A stretch of 49,114 bases of DNA from Vermamoeba vermiformis (taxonomy: Eukaryota): the NCBI GenBank assembly GCA_045837725.1, contig JBEWZL010000298.1, positions 62,001-111,114 of the forward strand. The letters run 5' to 3'. The position numbers and the translations under genes are program-made. The notes beneath the pieces were generated by a model. That model was given only the letters and a program-made list of their open reading frames with translations, was not told the origin of the DNA and searched no databases. Below, piece after piece: positions 1 through 11,344 of this stretch. Every line of letters starts with the position of its first letter. The first letter of the stretch is position 1.

Positions 1-1293
1 CGCTGCAGAACAATCTCGCCAACACCGCGCACAGGTACGTAGCGATTGCAATTCACTGAACGGCAACACTGACACGTGTCAGCCTCGAGGACAAGGTGAC
101 CATTCTCACGGAACGATTGGCCGGACTGTCCCTCAGCTTCGATGCCCTCACTGAGCGCGTCAATCAGCAGACCGATGCACTGCGCGCACAGGTGCTGGCC
201 GATGAACAGTTGCAACGCTTGATCGATCAGCGCATTCAACGCACACTCGAGTCAGATCCGCGCCTCAACAGACCGGAGGCACTGCCCAGCCTCACCGCTG
301 AGCACGTGCACGCACTCGTGGAACGCGAACTCGCTGCATTCATGAACGACAAGGTGCAGACCCTGGTAGATGCCACGCTGCGCGATCTCCGCGGTGAGAT
401 GCAGCAACAGCTCCAAGCGGAGTCACGTGCCAGTGTAGCGCGCGAGAGTGAACTGCGCAGTGCCCTGATCGATCACGTGACACAGCTGTTCAGTGAACGC
501 ACGACACGCGTGGAGCACACGAGTGAGGGCACAGACAGGGCGTGGATTCAAGAGCAGATCCGTCGTGCCTTGCATCGTCACATTGAAGGTTCGTACTTGA
601 ACATATATGATAGAGATATCACTAGACAATATGTGATACGCTCATATTGTAACACCACCACGTGATATTGTTGCACCCCTCGCACCGCACTGACCCCTGG
701 CAGGTGACGTCACCGCGCGCACGGACTACGCACTGCTCACCGCTGATGCACACATTTACAAGCCCCTCACGCACTACGCACCACTGCCACCACCCGAGGC
801 ACGTGCTTCCTCTTGGGGCTGGATCACTTCCTTATTTGGCAGTACCCCACGTGTGCGCACCCCCCACGGTCCTCGCGTGGCCATTCACCGCTCAGGGCCG
901 CGCAGTGTGGGCGAGTGTTGGGGCTTTGGCGGTGCGCAGGCCAATCTGACGGTCAAACTTAGTCAACCCATCACTGTCAGTCACGTGACCATCGATCACC
1001 TGTCACGTGACATTGCGTACAACATTGAGAGTGCACCGCGCGAGTTCCAGATCTGGGCCGTGAATGCGACGCACGCAGATCCAGCGCACTCACCGCGCAC
1101 CTTGCTCGGCACCTTCGAGTACGACATTGAGGGCGAGCCTGTGCAGACCTTTGCATTGCCTAATAAGGCTATTCCGACGCAGTACATCACGCTGGCCATT
1201 CTGTCCAATCACGGCCACTACTACACGTGCTTGTACCGCTTCAGAGTGCACGGCACACCGCTGCAACACTCCGCGCCCAGCACCGTCAATTGA
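1..1293 (+). CDS. SUN (Sad1/UNC-84) domain nuclear-envelope protein, 5'-truncated by the window, spliced
   Basis: Coiled-coil exon (~82-588), then spliced DYAL...GECWGF...VTIDHL...SAPREFQIW...NHGHYYTCLYRFRVHG, the typical SUN C-terminus. GT-AG introns at ~35-81 and ~589-703. Confidence 0.9.
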
Positions 1294-1465
1294 GCGACAT
1301 CTGGCCTGGAAGGGACTGCAGAACTCACCTGTGCGATATTCCTGTAAAATAAAGACACGTTGTATATAGTTGGTGCGTGCTGTGCAGTCCTTGGCCCTGG
1401 TAGAGGTGTTGTGCGACATTTTCAGACCAGTCAATTAACACCTCAAACTCACATCGAGCACACCA

Positions 1466-2409
1466 ATGGCTGATAAGACTGTGTACAAGGTCGTATTCGT
1501 GCGTCACGGCGAGTCCGTGTGGAACAAAGAGAACAGATTCACTGGCTGGACTGATGTCGATCTCTCTGAAAAGGGTGTCGAAGAAGCGAAACAAGGTGCT
1601 CTTGCTTTGAAAAATGCGGGTATGTACTGCGTATATTTAATTCCATGCATTCCGTTCTCCACCAGCACGCAATTATTAAAAGATTTTTATTGAAAATTTT
1701 TGCGTTGAATTTTCGTGAATCTGCAATCAATTCGCTGACTGACACGTACAGGCTTTGAATTCGATGTTGCCTACACTAGTGTGCTGAAGCGAGCTATCAA
1801 GACGTTGTGGTACGTGTTGGAAGGCTTGGATTCGTACTGGTTGCCCGTCACTCGCGACTGGCGCTTGAACGAGCGACACTACGGCGCACTGCAGGGCCTG
1901 AACAAGGCTGAGACCGCAGCACTGCACGGCGAACAACAGGTGCTCGTGTGGCGCAGATCGTACGACATTCCACCCCCCGCACTCGAAGTGTCAGATCCGC
2001 GCCATCCCTCGCACGACAGACGCTACGCAGCCCTCACCGCGGAACAATTGCCGCGCACCGAGTGTTTGGCTGACACCGTGCAGCGCGTGGGTAAGTGCTC
2101 GCCGTTCAGTGAATGCACGTGACTGACCGCAGTGCAGTGCCAGCATGGACCGAGGAGATTGGCCCCAAGATCAAGAGTGGCAAGCGCGTGCTCGTGGTGG
2201 CACATGGCAACTCCCTGCGTGCCCTGATCAAGTATCTCGATAAAATCTCCGACCAGGACATCATCGAGTTGAATATTCCGACCGGTATACCCCTGGTGTA
2301 CGAACTGGATGCAGATCTGAAGCCGATCAAGCACTACTACTTGGCCGATGAAGAGACCCTCAAACAGGCTCAAGCTGCTGTTGCTGCTCAGGGCAAGGCT
2401 AAGAAATGA
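1466..2409 (+). CDS. gpmA: 2,3-bisphosphoglycerate-dependent phosphoglycerate mutase, 3 exons
   Basis: [43 protein letters not shown] and [14 protein letters not shown] motifs. Introns 1620-1751 and ~2092-2137. Confidence 0.96.
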
Positions 2410-2522
2410 GCTGATTGGTCGGCTGAGCACGTGACTGATTCGAGTGACACGTGTCAAAGTAAAGCGAGAGTGTTTTATTTACAAAAAAGGCTATTAAATT
2501 ACACGAGCGCGGCTATTTTTAG

Positions 2523-3550
2523 CTACCACTCCATCATCTCCACGTGATCTCCGTGTGCCACCTGACTTTGTGACACGTTTGACACTTGCACATTGGTGTT
2601 GGTGACAGCAGTGCTATTATTGGGTGGTGTCACTTGCACTTGTTGCAGCAATCTTTGCAGATTTTCAGCGGGATCAGCGAGCTTGTAATTGACCAAATTA
2701 GGAAACAAGACAACGCCCTGCTGCTGCGCGGTGGTGAGCCGTTGAAAGGTGCGCTCCGCCATCACCAGCGCGTACTCGTCACGTGACTGCTGCAAGATCT
2801 TCGCTTCGAGCTCAGCACCTATTTATAGCAGCAAGGGGTGAGTAGTGTCGCGTTGCCACCGATCAGTCCGCACGTACCGACAGCAGCGAGCAGTCTGACC
2901 GCGTTGTCGAGTGCGCGCCACACCTCCTCGTCGCTGAGTGCACTCTGATGCGCCCAGTCGTGGCGTGTTTGGCGCAGTTCGAACAGCAGCGAGCGGTGGC
3001 GCGGTGTCAGACCAAAGCGTTGAAAGGCGCGATCGAACTCCATGATCAGCACTGACAGGATGCGGTGCGTGTCCCTGCATTTGCCTAATTTAGTCATCGC
3101 TGTGCACTGTGCAGCACGTGACACGTACCAGCCCTGCACGGCGCGGAACTGCGCGGCAATCAGTGCGCGGGGATCGGTGCCTGGTGGAGGCTCATCCGCA
3201 GCGCTATTTTTAGACTCGCGCGTGTCACGTGCATTCCTGTCGGTGTATTTGACCAGATCGAGCCACCTGTGCGTCGTCAGTACAGGCATGCAAAGCAATG
3301 GACAGTTACTTTTCACCGTAGACAGTCAACATGGACTTGACTATAAATGGAATGAGACCCTGGTTGAGCAGCTTTAACATGCGGCCAATTATTTCATCAT
3401 TGGTCGAATCTGAAGATAATAAGAATGTAGTGATATTAATCAGGCCAATATAATCGCATATTAATCAAATTAAAATAAATTAAATAAATAGCTAATTATT
3501 GTTGCAACAGAGCTAAACTGTCACCTGACTGACTAACCTCGTAGATTCAT
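2523..3550 (-). CDS. Stand-alone Swt1-like HEPN domain protein (putative RNase), multi-exon
   Basis: Spliced translation MNLRDSTNDEIIGRMLKLLNQGLIPFIVKSMLTVYGEKWL...ELRQTRHDWAHQSALSDEEVWRALDNAVRLLAAVG. R-x4-H HEPN motif at 2948-2965. Confidence 0.8.
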
Positions 3551-3675
3551 TTTGGTTGTAGCTCTATACACGTATAGTATACTGTACGTAACAACTCAGT
3601 CGAGCTGAAGTCGAGTTGTGTGTGATCGGATCTGCTGCTTAATAAATTGAATTCGTCGTTTGCTGCAACAACACA

Positions 3676-5168
3676 ATGAACTTTATCGACAAGAATACAC
3701 CCAAGCCTGACATAGTGTTCATCACCGGTGGCAGCGGGTTCATTGGCTCGCGTATAATCAAGGTACGGAATTAAACTGTCGCAGATGTGTCTGACAACAA
3801 AATCTTTGCCTGCTTCAATTTTAAATAATACAAATAGTGCCCATCTGCGCACGAATAATAGTACATCACTAATATTTCCACGCGCTGTAATTATAGAAAA
3901 TCATCCAAGACTGGAAACAGACTTCGCGGCCCACTGAGAAGAAGATCCGCGCCCTGGTACGCGAGTCGAGTGATTTGAGTGTAAGTACAAGTAATGCCTA
4001 TTTGAGCCTTCGCTAGTGTTCCTGGCACACTCTTCGCTAACACGCGCACCAGCTCCTCGAACACGAGTTCAACAGCGGCTTCTTAGAGTTCAGCTTTGGT
4101 GCCCTGGAAGATGACCTCGCCGTGCAGCGCGCTCTGTCACGTGACGCGGCGCAGATTCGCGTGGTGATTCACTCCGCAGCACAGGGCGGGGACTGGGGCG
4201 AGTGGGACTGGTTCTATCGCGCGAACTATCTCGGCACCAAGCACGTGATGGACCACGCCATGCACTTGCCTAATTTGGAGTAAGTGTTCGATCGATCTGG
4301 ACTGCAAGTCAGTGATTGACACCTGTCATGTCAGTCGCTTCATCTACATGTCAACCGTGGATGTGTACTCCAGCAGCCAACAGCCACGTGACTGCGACGA
4401 ATCAGTGCCCATTACCATAAATAGGTAAGTATACGCGGTTGTATACCTCGCTGATCTATAAATAGGCGCGCACACTATTCCAAAACTAAAGCTATGGCGG
4501 AAAAACTCGTGTTAGAGGCGTGGAGCACCCACCGCGTGCCAGTGACAATATTCCGCGTGGGTGTCGTGTACGGTGCTGGTATGAAATAGTTGCAAAGACT
4601 TGCCTCAAAACTCACTTCCTATTTAGGCAGCTATTCGTGGGGTCGACAAGTAAGCCGCTAATTATAGCCCAATCCAAATATGGCATTTGCTAATCACTCG
4701 CAGGAAGCACGTATTTTAGCGCGTGGTCACGGCGTGCTGATCGATGGTGCTAAATATAGCAGCGGTGTCATTCACGTCGACGACATTGTCAGTGCAGCAC
4801 TGCAATGTTTGACACGTGACAACACCATCGGAAAAATATACAATCTCGCGGACAATTTCGATGTCACGTGGCGTCAGTGGTACGACACACTGGCCGATGG
4901 ACTAAATCTCTGCCGTCCGAGATTCAGCGTACCGCGTCGCTTGGCAGTGTGGACCGCGTGGCTGTTCGAACTGATCTGGTGGCTGCTGCGCTTGCGATCT
5001 CGGCCGCTGTTAACCTTATTTGTACTGAATCTCATCTCGCGAGATCAGCTCTATCCGACCAAGCGCGCCAAACAAGACTTTGATTGGTCCCCCAAAGTGC
5101 CGTTCAGTGAAGGCATGAAAGAAATGTTGCAATGGTTGCAAGAGCACACAGAACTCTGGCGAGAATAA
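3676..5168 (+). CDS. Extended SDR: NAD-dependent epimerase / 3-beta-hydroxysteroid dehydrogenase-like, multi-exon
   Basis: ITGGSGFIG Rossmann motif in exon 1, RFIYMSTVDVY, catalytic YSKTK (YxxxK), IHVDDIV and GKIYN after splicing. Confidence 0.9.
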
Positions 5169-5241
5169 GTGCAAAGAAATCGAATTCTTTAACTGAACTA
5201 TGTACAGAATGCGTTGCATAAACCAGTTCTATTTATAGCAG

Positions 5242-7570
5242 CTACTTTTCGGAGCTCTCCGTGCCCTCAGGTGCTGTCACATTCGGACCAATACCGCACA
5301 CGTCACTGTCGCAGAATTTGTCCGGCTGCGGCTTGGTGTTCACTGAATTCAGATTCAACGGCTGCAAATTGTCTACCAGGGCTTGGTACTCCTCCGCGGA
5401 GATCTCCTCGTAGGGCATTTGCGCGTAGACACCGTCAGAGCGCGGCAAGAACGAGACGCCCTTGAGCTGGTACTGGAAGTAGTCGAGTGCGTGCGTCAGT
5501 TGCGGCCCCTCGGGCTGCGGATCGAAGGTGATGGTGGCACTCACTTGATTGTCGGCCCAGTAGCGCTGCAAGAATGCTGCCTGTTTAAACATTGCGTTAG
5601 TTCACTGTCACGTGCCAAACACTTCACTGACGCACCATGCTGAGCTGTTCCCACATGCTGACTTGGTGCTGTGGCCGCACACCAGCGCCGACATCGACCG
5701 GGAAGGTGACCACGAGCGTGTTGTGCGGATCATCCACCGAGGCCTCAATCGCGTACCCAGCACTCTGCAGCACGGGCAACAGATCGCTGTGCTTGGACAC
5801 GCGCACACGCCGCTTGTAGTAGCGACTGATGGGCCAGTGCAGCCCTGGTGTGGCCCCCGCGAGGAGTGACACCGTGCCACTGGGCTTGACACTGGTGGTC
5901 TTGACTGAGCGCGGTATGGCCATCCACTCCGAGAACGACTGATCGTACTGCTGTATCGCACTGTAGCCCTGCGTGAGCCAGTGTTTCAGCGCACCAATGC
6001 CGCGCTTGGCAGTGAACTGTGCCACGCCGGACACGGAGCAGCCGATGCGTCTGTTGCGCAACATGACGCGATTGGACTCGGGCCAGTGCGTCTGACCGAG
6101 TGTGACGGTCTTGGCGTAGAGATAGGCGTACTTGAGCGTGCGCAGATAGTCCTCGAGTGCGTCGTGATTGAACGGGAAGGTCTCGACCAAGCAGCACAGC
6201 TCGTAGCTCTCCAGCGTCTGTTCCAGGCACGGATTGCCGCCCATCGCGCGCTTGTCCTTCCAATTCATCTCCAGCTCGTTCATGCGACCGTACGCGCGCA
6301 TGTTGTCCAGCCACGCAAAGCCAGGCTCACCGTTGAGCTGCACGCGCTGAGTGACGGGCGTGTAGTCCATGCCGAGCTCTGCAAACACGCTGTTGTTCGA
6401 GGTCCAGCCGTACTCCATGCGCTCAGGGTGCTTGGTGTAGTTCTTGAGGTCGAGATACTCCGCGTTGTCTGCGGGACCGAAGGCAATCTCTGCGGTCTGA
6501 CGCACATTGCCTGCGACCACACAGCGGCCAATGTGATTCATAATGTCCACAATGCCGCGCACACCGAGTGTGGTGCCGATGAGTGGCTGCAGCGTGGCGT
6601 GAATGGACTGGTGCAAGCGCTGCAGTGCCGCAGGACCACTCGCCACACCACCAAAGCCCTTGATCGGTGCACCCGCGGGTCTGATGCGCGAGTAGTCGAA
6701 CTGCACCGCTCTGTTGCCCTCCAAGTACACACTCAGCAAGCGACGCATCGAGTCCACCCACCCCTCGCGCGTGTCATCGATCACGTGCTCTTCTGCACTG
6801 CCCTCGCGCGGGGCCTTCACCGTCACTTTGCCAGCACCGCGCGTGTCAAATCCAACGCCCACGCCCAACATGCTCATGTCCATCAAGAACACGAAGGGCT
6901 TGGTCGGCTCGGCACTCAGCTCTTCGGTCGACACGAAGGCGCAGTTGTTCAGCGCTGCGTACGTGCCGCGCTCTTCGGTCAGCGGCGAGCCCATGGCCCA
7001 CAGTCCGCGTCCTGGCGGCAAGAACTTCATCTGCCATATGCGATCGTACATCTCTTGCGCGCTGCGCTGTGCACGACTCTGTTGCCAGCCCAAGCCGTGC
7101 TGCTCGATCCAGCGCCGTTGCATGGTGTAGGTGCCATTGACCACGCGCTCGACTGTCTCCCACCACTGCTCGTTCTGACCATCGCTCTTCACGCGACTGT
7201 ACGTGCGACGATAGACGAACTCGCCGAGACCATTGAAACCTGTCAAGGGTCAGGGGATCTGATCGCGATCTGGTGCTAGTAACGGAAATTTTATTGATCT
7301 ACGCTTGTTAAATTTAATTATTCGAAGAAATATATTTTAAGCGGATCGGAGACAGGCAAAATAATTAATTAACGTTGGGCGAAATTTTAATATGAACTTA
7401 CCAAATGGAGGCTTCTTATTCTTATATTTTTCAACAAATGACTTGCTTAATTTGAATTTTTTGGTTGTAGCTTCATCAGTACTGACGGATCTCACTACGA
7501 CAGTCCGATCGAAGATCCGCGATTTACTCCGCCGCACTAAGACTTGAAGCTGAAGACGACAAGCCAACAT
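5242..7570 (-). CDS. nrdJ: Class II (adenosylcobalamin-dependent) ribonucleoside-triphosphate reductase, 3 exons (7570-7402, 7239-5636, 5580-5242; 703 aa)
   Basis: YRRTYSR, PPGRGLW, NNCAF, thiyl-radical NPCLEQ, CCLVE, RRIG, VKPSGTVS and C-terminal FCDSDVC redox pair. The exon phases join in frame. Confidence 0.95.
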
Positions 7571-7645
7571 ATTAAAGTCTTTGTGGTAACGCTGGCGGAC
7601 TTGACGACCAACTGGCGAATGAATTCACTAAACTGAGTGTGCGTG

Positions 7646-7665
7646 TCACGTGATCGATCACGTGA
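7646..7665. promoter_or_regulatory. Perfect 20-bp palindrome with two E-boxes, ~75 bp upstream of the RNR start codon
   Basis: TCACGTGATCGATCACGTGA read directly; a regulatory role is inferred from position only. Confidence 0.4.
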
Positions 7666-7750
7666 TCGGTAATATTTGCAGGTTGCAAGCACCCAGTAAA
7701 AAACCTTTAGATTCCTCTTACTTATTTTGCTGTCATTACAAGTGAAGGAC

Positions 7751-7805
7751 TCTAGTTAGTAGTAGTAGTACTACTCTACTACTGTACTCTACTCTAGTAG
7801 TAGAG
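7751..7805. repeat. TAG/CTA low-complexity tract with internal inverted repeats
   Basis: AGTAGTACTACT palindrome at 7764-7775; CTCTACTACT (7774-7783) is the reverse complement of AGTAGTAGAG (7796-7805). Confidence 0.75.
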
Positions 7806-7820
7806 TTTTGGTAACTGAAA

Positions 7821-7980
7821 TTGCGCGTTTCCATTTCGGTCTGACTGCTCTTCCGCGACGAACTTTAAAAATTACATAGGCGAACACGAACGCTTGGGTG
7901 GCTGCCAATTGAGTCCTAACGCATTTTTAGGTGGTTAATAATTTAGTGTTCAGCGATCTGCCCGTTTGTGGAACTCCGCA
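7821..7980 (-). repeat. ~160-bp dispersed fold-back element, copy B
   Basis: Its reverse complement aligns to 48124-48283 in three blocks (30/33, 36/39 and 30/31 identities by manual alignment). Confidence 0.9.
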
Positions 7981-8652
7981 AACGCGTCCAATCTCTGATG
8001 ATACAGAGAGTACGACACCGGAATGATTCACCTTCCTCTTTGCTTGTACGAAGGCAGATCCTTTCTTCATTGTGGCCCACTGTAATAAGTTTAAGACGAG
8101 CAATGGTTTGAGCTTTGGATCTGTACGCTTGAAAATCTTTTATTTCTGTACTATGTGTCCTGATTCAAGCCATCAATGGAAATCCATTCTGCAGTCACGT
8201 TTGTTCAGTGGTCCACTTTAACTATTTGAAGTTGGAGAAAAAAATAGTGAAACTCAAATGTTTCCCTTATGGTATACAGTAGTAGTAGTATTGCAGGCCC
8301 GCCAACGCCATTGGAGGTGCCTTGTGCATGTGGTAGGAATTTATCCTGTGTCTGAGATCTTGCAAGCATCTTCCCCCTCTTAGTAATCGACCAATACCCA
8401 CTTTCCATTAGCACCAGTGGCCCCAAGAAGCACGTTGTACTACTGTTAGTATTAGGCGGCTTTGGGCAACAGCTGGAGCTGAAAATTGCATTAGGCAAAC
8501 TGCTGGAAGCTGATATGGCACTGTTCTGCAAAGAACTTTGGCCCTTGACTTGTTTTTGCCATCATACTACTTCAACTTCGCCCATAGCAGTACTAGCTTA
8601 AATGCAGATACAAGAATGATCAAACTCGTAGCATGAGGGGATGTGAAACACA

Positions 8653-8809
8653 GGAAGATGGCCAGTCCAGCTCAGCTTGTTCTGTGTAGAACTCTCTTTC
8701 TTTGAATTTGTGAGCTTGCTAGCAGGCTTCTACACTGATAATCTATTCAAATTGGGATGGCCAGGTCAAGTTGGCCAGCGGAAGATGGCCGGTCCCCCTC
8801 GGCTCAGCT
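8653..8809 (+). repeat. Imperfect direct repeat GGAAGATGGCC(A/G)GTCC...GCTCAGCT
   Basis: Copies at 8653-8677 and 8780-8809. Confidence 0.65.
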
Positions 8810-8827
8810 ATAGAAGAACACTTCGGC

Positions 8828-8898
8828 TACCCGGTGGCAGGTAGTGGAAACTTGGGTTGGCAACCATCAGAAGTCCCAGGTTCAAATCCCAGCCGGCA
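8828..8898 (+). pseudogene. Degenerate tRNA or tRNA-derived SINE head
   Basis: A-box-like TGGCAGGTAGTGG, B-box GGTTCAAATCC (8879-8889), CCGG...CCGG acceptor-like ends and a downstream T-run. No intact cloverleaf. Confidence 0.55.
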
Positions 8899-8932
8899 TG
8901 CCTGATTTTTATTTATTTGTATGGCTTGGTAC

Positions 8933-8993
8933 TGCTCAAGGTGGACTGAATCTGTCACCACACTGAGGTCATGGGTTCAATCCCAACGGAGCA
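8933..8993 (+). pseudogene. Second degenerate tRNA-like relic
   Basis: GAGGTCATGGGTTCAATCCCAACGGAGCA resembles a variable loop, T-arm and acceptor 3' strand. TGCTC...GAGCA ends; D and anticodon arms not recognisable. Confidence 0.5.
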
Positions 8994-9079
8994 ATTATTT
9001 TATTCCCATAGTTGCATAATCCTTGTTGCTTTTTCAGCTAGTAAGTTCATAATTGCATGATAGCGGTTACTCAGTGCTA

Positions 9080-10225
9080 TGGTCGCCAAAGGCGGACCTC
9101 CCGTCCGGCAAAAATTGGACGTCTGCCACGGACCGCTTGTCCGCCAACCATACATCATATAGTATGAAGATTTCAACAAGATTTCATGCCATGTATATGA
9201 TTAAGCATATCCCTTCATTATAACAAGGTTTGCCACCATACTGGACAAAGTTACAACAAAAACAGTATGATGCAAAAAATTATTTTTGGATAGCTAGGTG
9301 ACAATGGATTGTAGCCCAATTTCGGGTGCATAAAATACGTATAGTTGTGTTGTACCAAACATGTGCTGATGGGTGGGTTTGTACTTAATGCTGAAAATTT
9401 GCAGACGCTGCCAATATCTTTGATGATTACTTATATTTTCTTGTTAGATAGTGATAGATCAAGGTGTTTCCAAAGTCAATGGTATTGCAGCCAATAGAAA
9501 AAAAGTTCCAGTACTTAAGTTCTTTGCAGAACATTGCCATTTTCAGCCTCTGGCGAAGCCTTCTGACGCCAATAGTATTGCTTCTTGGGTCTACTGATGC
9601 TAACGGCAGAGTTTGGTATAAGTTGGTCAATTACTAACATCAGCGGATGCAGCGACCCTGGACCGATGGATGAAAAATTTTTGGCGGACAAGACGTCCAC
9701 CAAACAAAAAGAAGTTTTTACTTGTCTGGGATAAAGCTCCTGGTGTTCTCCACAGAACTTGAATGTGTTTTACTGCATGCATTAATCTGGAATCAAACAG
9801 CAGTATCTTCTGACGTTCAGCTTTTCAGACCGGATGTAAGTGCATGGAGTATCAATCTAACCAAGTTATTTGATTTTTTGGAAACCAGAATCACTGACTT
9901 CCAGCATATCGGGCTTTCTTCACACTGACAAGTGACTTGGCTGTCAAAGCTAAACCTCGATGTCAGCCTGTGTGAACCTTGGAAAGGATAATTGAATGAA
10001 GCTGTGATTTTGGTTGTTGGCATGACCATAGACACCACTAATGGCTTGTCACCCCCACGCCCAAAGTGCTCCTTTTACAGCTGGCACCTGGATACCAACC
10101 CCAGAAAGAGTTTGTTGTTACACACAATTTTTACGAGGAGTTTTTGCCTCCAACTCCTAGGGACAAGCGGAGCCAAAATTAGGTTGAAAAATTGGATTTG
10201 GACATCCCATCAAAAATAAATGGAC
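9080..10225. mobile_element. Probable decayed non-autonomous transposon remnant(s)
   Basis: Inverted CTTGTCCGCCAA (9136-9147) / TTGGCGGACAAG (9681-9692); inverted CCGCTTGTCC (9133-9142) / GGACAAGCGG (10161-10170); direct AAAAATTGGA at 9110 and 10187. Low CpG and no intact ORF. Confidence 0.4.
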
Positions 10226-10298
10226 GCTAACTAAAGGTCTTTCACGTGACACGTTTGCTGAGAATTCTTCGCCAACATTTTTGCAGCCCAACCAACAA

Positions 10299-11312
10299 AT
10301 GAGTGACACAACTGGCAATAATATCGAACTGGTCTTAGACAAGCCTAAATCACGTGATGATTGGATCAAAGCACCGGAATGGGCTCTGATCCCGAAAGAG
10401 GGTCTGTCCATTAAACTCGAGGTAAGAAATATTGGCAAATATTCACAGTATTTTAAACAATTTCGGCGCATGCAGGGCAATTATAAATAAAAGAATATTC
10501 GATAATAATTATCGGCATTAAAATATTGAATTTATCAGCAAGAGCTCGACGGCAAAGTCATCAAGACATACGATGTATCTGAACACCTAAGAGAGCACGA
10601 TACGCGACCAGTATTTGTTGTTGGACGTCACAGCGATCACGGAGCGACTTTGATCCTCTCCGATCCCTCCATCTCGCGCCAACAAGCCGTGCTGATACTC
10701 AGCGAGCACGGACTAGTCGCCACTGACTTGCAGAGTGCTCGTGGCACGACATATAGCAGCGATGGGGCTACATGGAGCTCATTCAAGCCATTCCACTGCA
10801 CACTGCTGTCAGATCAGATGCGGCTCAAATTCGCGCAAGACAAGAGCGAGTTTGTGGTGCACATTGCGGGTCTGGGCGACAAGACCAATCTAGGCAAGCG
10901 AGCGCGTGTAAATTCGAGCGCTGAACAGCCGAACAAGCGCGCCAAGACCACGCCGCAACAAGTGCGGTGCCTCCATCTGCTCAAAAAACACCGCGAGTCA
11001 CGCAACCCCGTGAATTGGCGCCAAGAGAAGATCACGCGCACACGCGAGGAAGCGAAGGCCCTGGTAGAGCAGCTCCGCAACGAGATTGAACAGCGTGCAG
11101 CGAGCGGCGAGTCCCTGGTAGAGGTGTTCAAGTCGCTGGCCCTGGTAGAGAGCGACTGTTCGAGTGCCAAGCGCGGCGGTGATCTCGGTGTGTTTGGACG
11201 CGGTCAGATGCAGCCCAGCTTCGAGTCCGCAGCCTTTGCACTGCACGTACTGCAGCTGAGCGGTGTGGTGTCGAGTGACAGTGGCATGCACATCATACTC
11301 AGAATAGAATAA
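10299..11312 (+). CDS. FHA-domain parvulin-type (Pin1-like) peptidyl-prolyl isomerase, 2 exons
   Basis: FHA motifs VVGRH...PSISRQQA...DLQSARGT. Parvulin motifs [38 protein letters not shown] and SDSGMHII. Intron 10422-10537. Confidence 0.9.
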
Positions 11313-11344
11313 ACAAGCTTTATTATTATGAGCACTCTGTTCAT

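Noticed and set aside
5981-7279. 432-aa plus-strand ORF, and similar long antisense ORFs at 16547-17455, 39728-40513 and 43095-43691
   Set aside because: Antisense shadows of real genes with biased codon usage or low complexity; no motifs of their own.
7821-7980. Cobalamin riboswitch upstream of the B12-dependent RNR
   Set aside because: GGAAGAGCAGTCAGACC only loosely recalls the B12 box. The GGGAA, CCCGC-ACTGT and GCCACTG core elements are absent, and the second copy precedes an unrelated gene.
8828-8993. Functional tRNA genes
   Set aside because: D and anticodon arms do not pair properly and no anticodon can be assigned.
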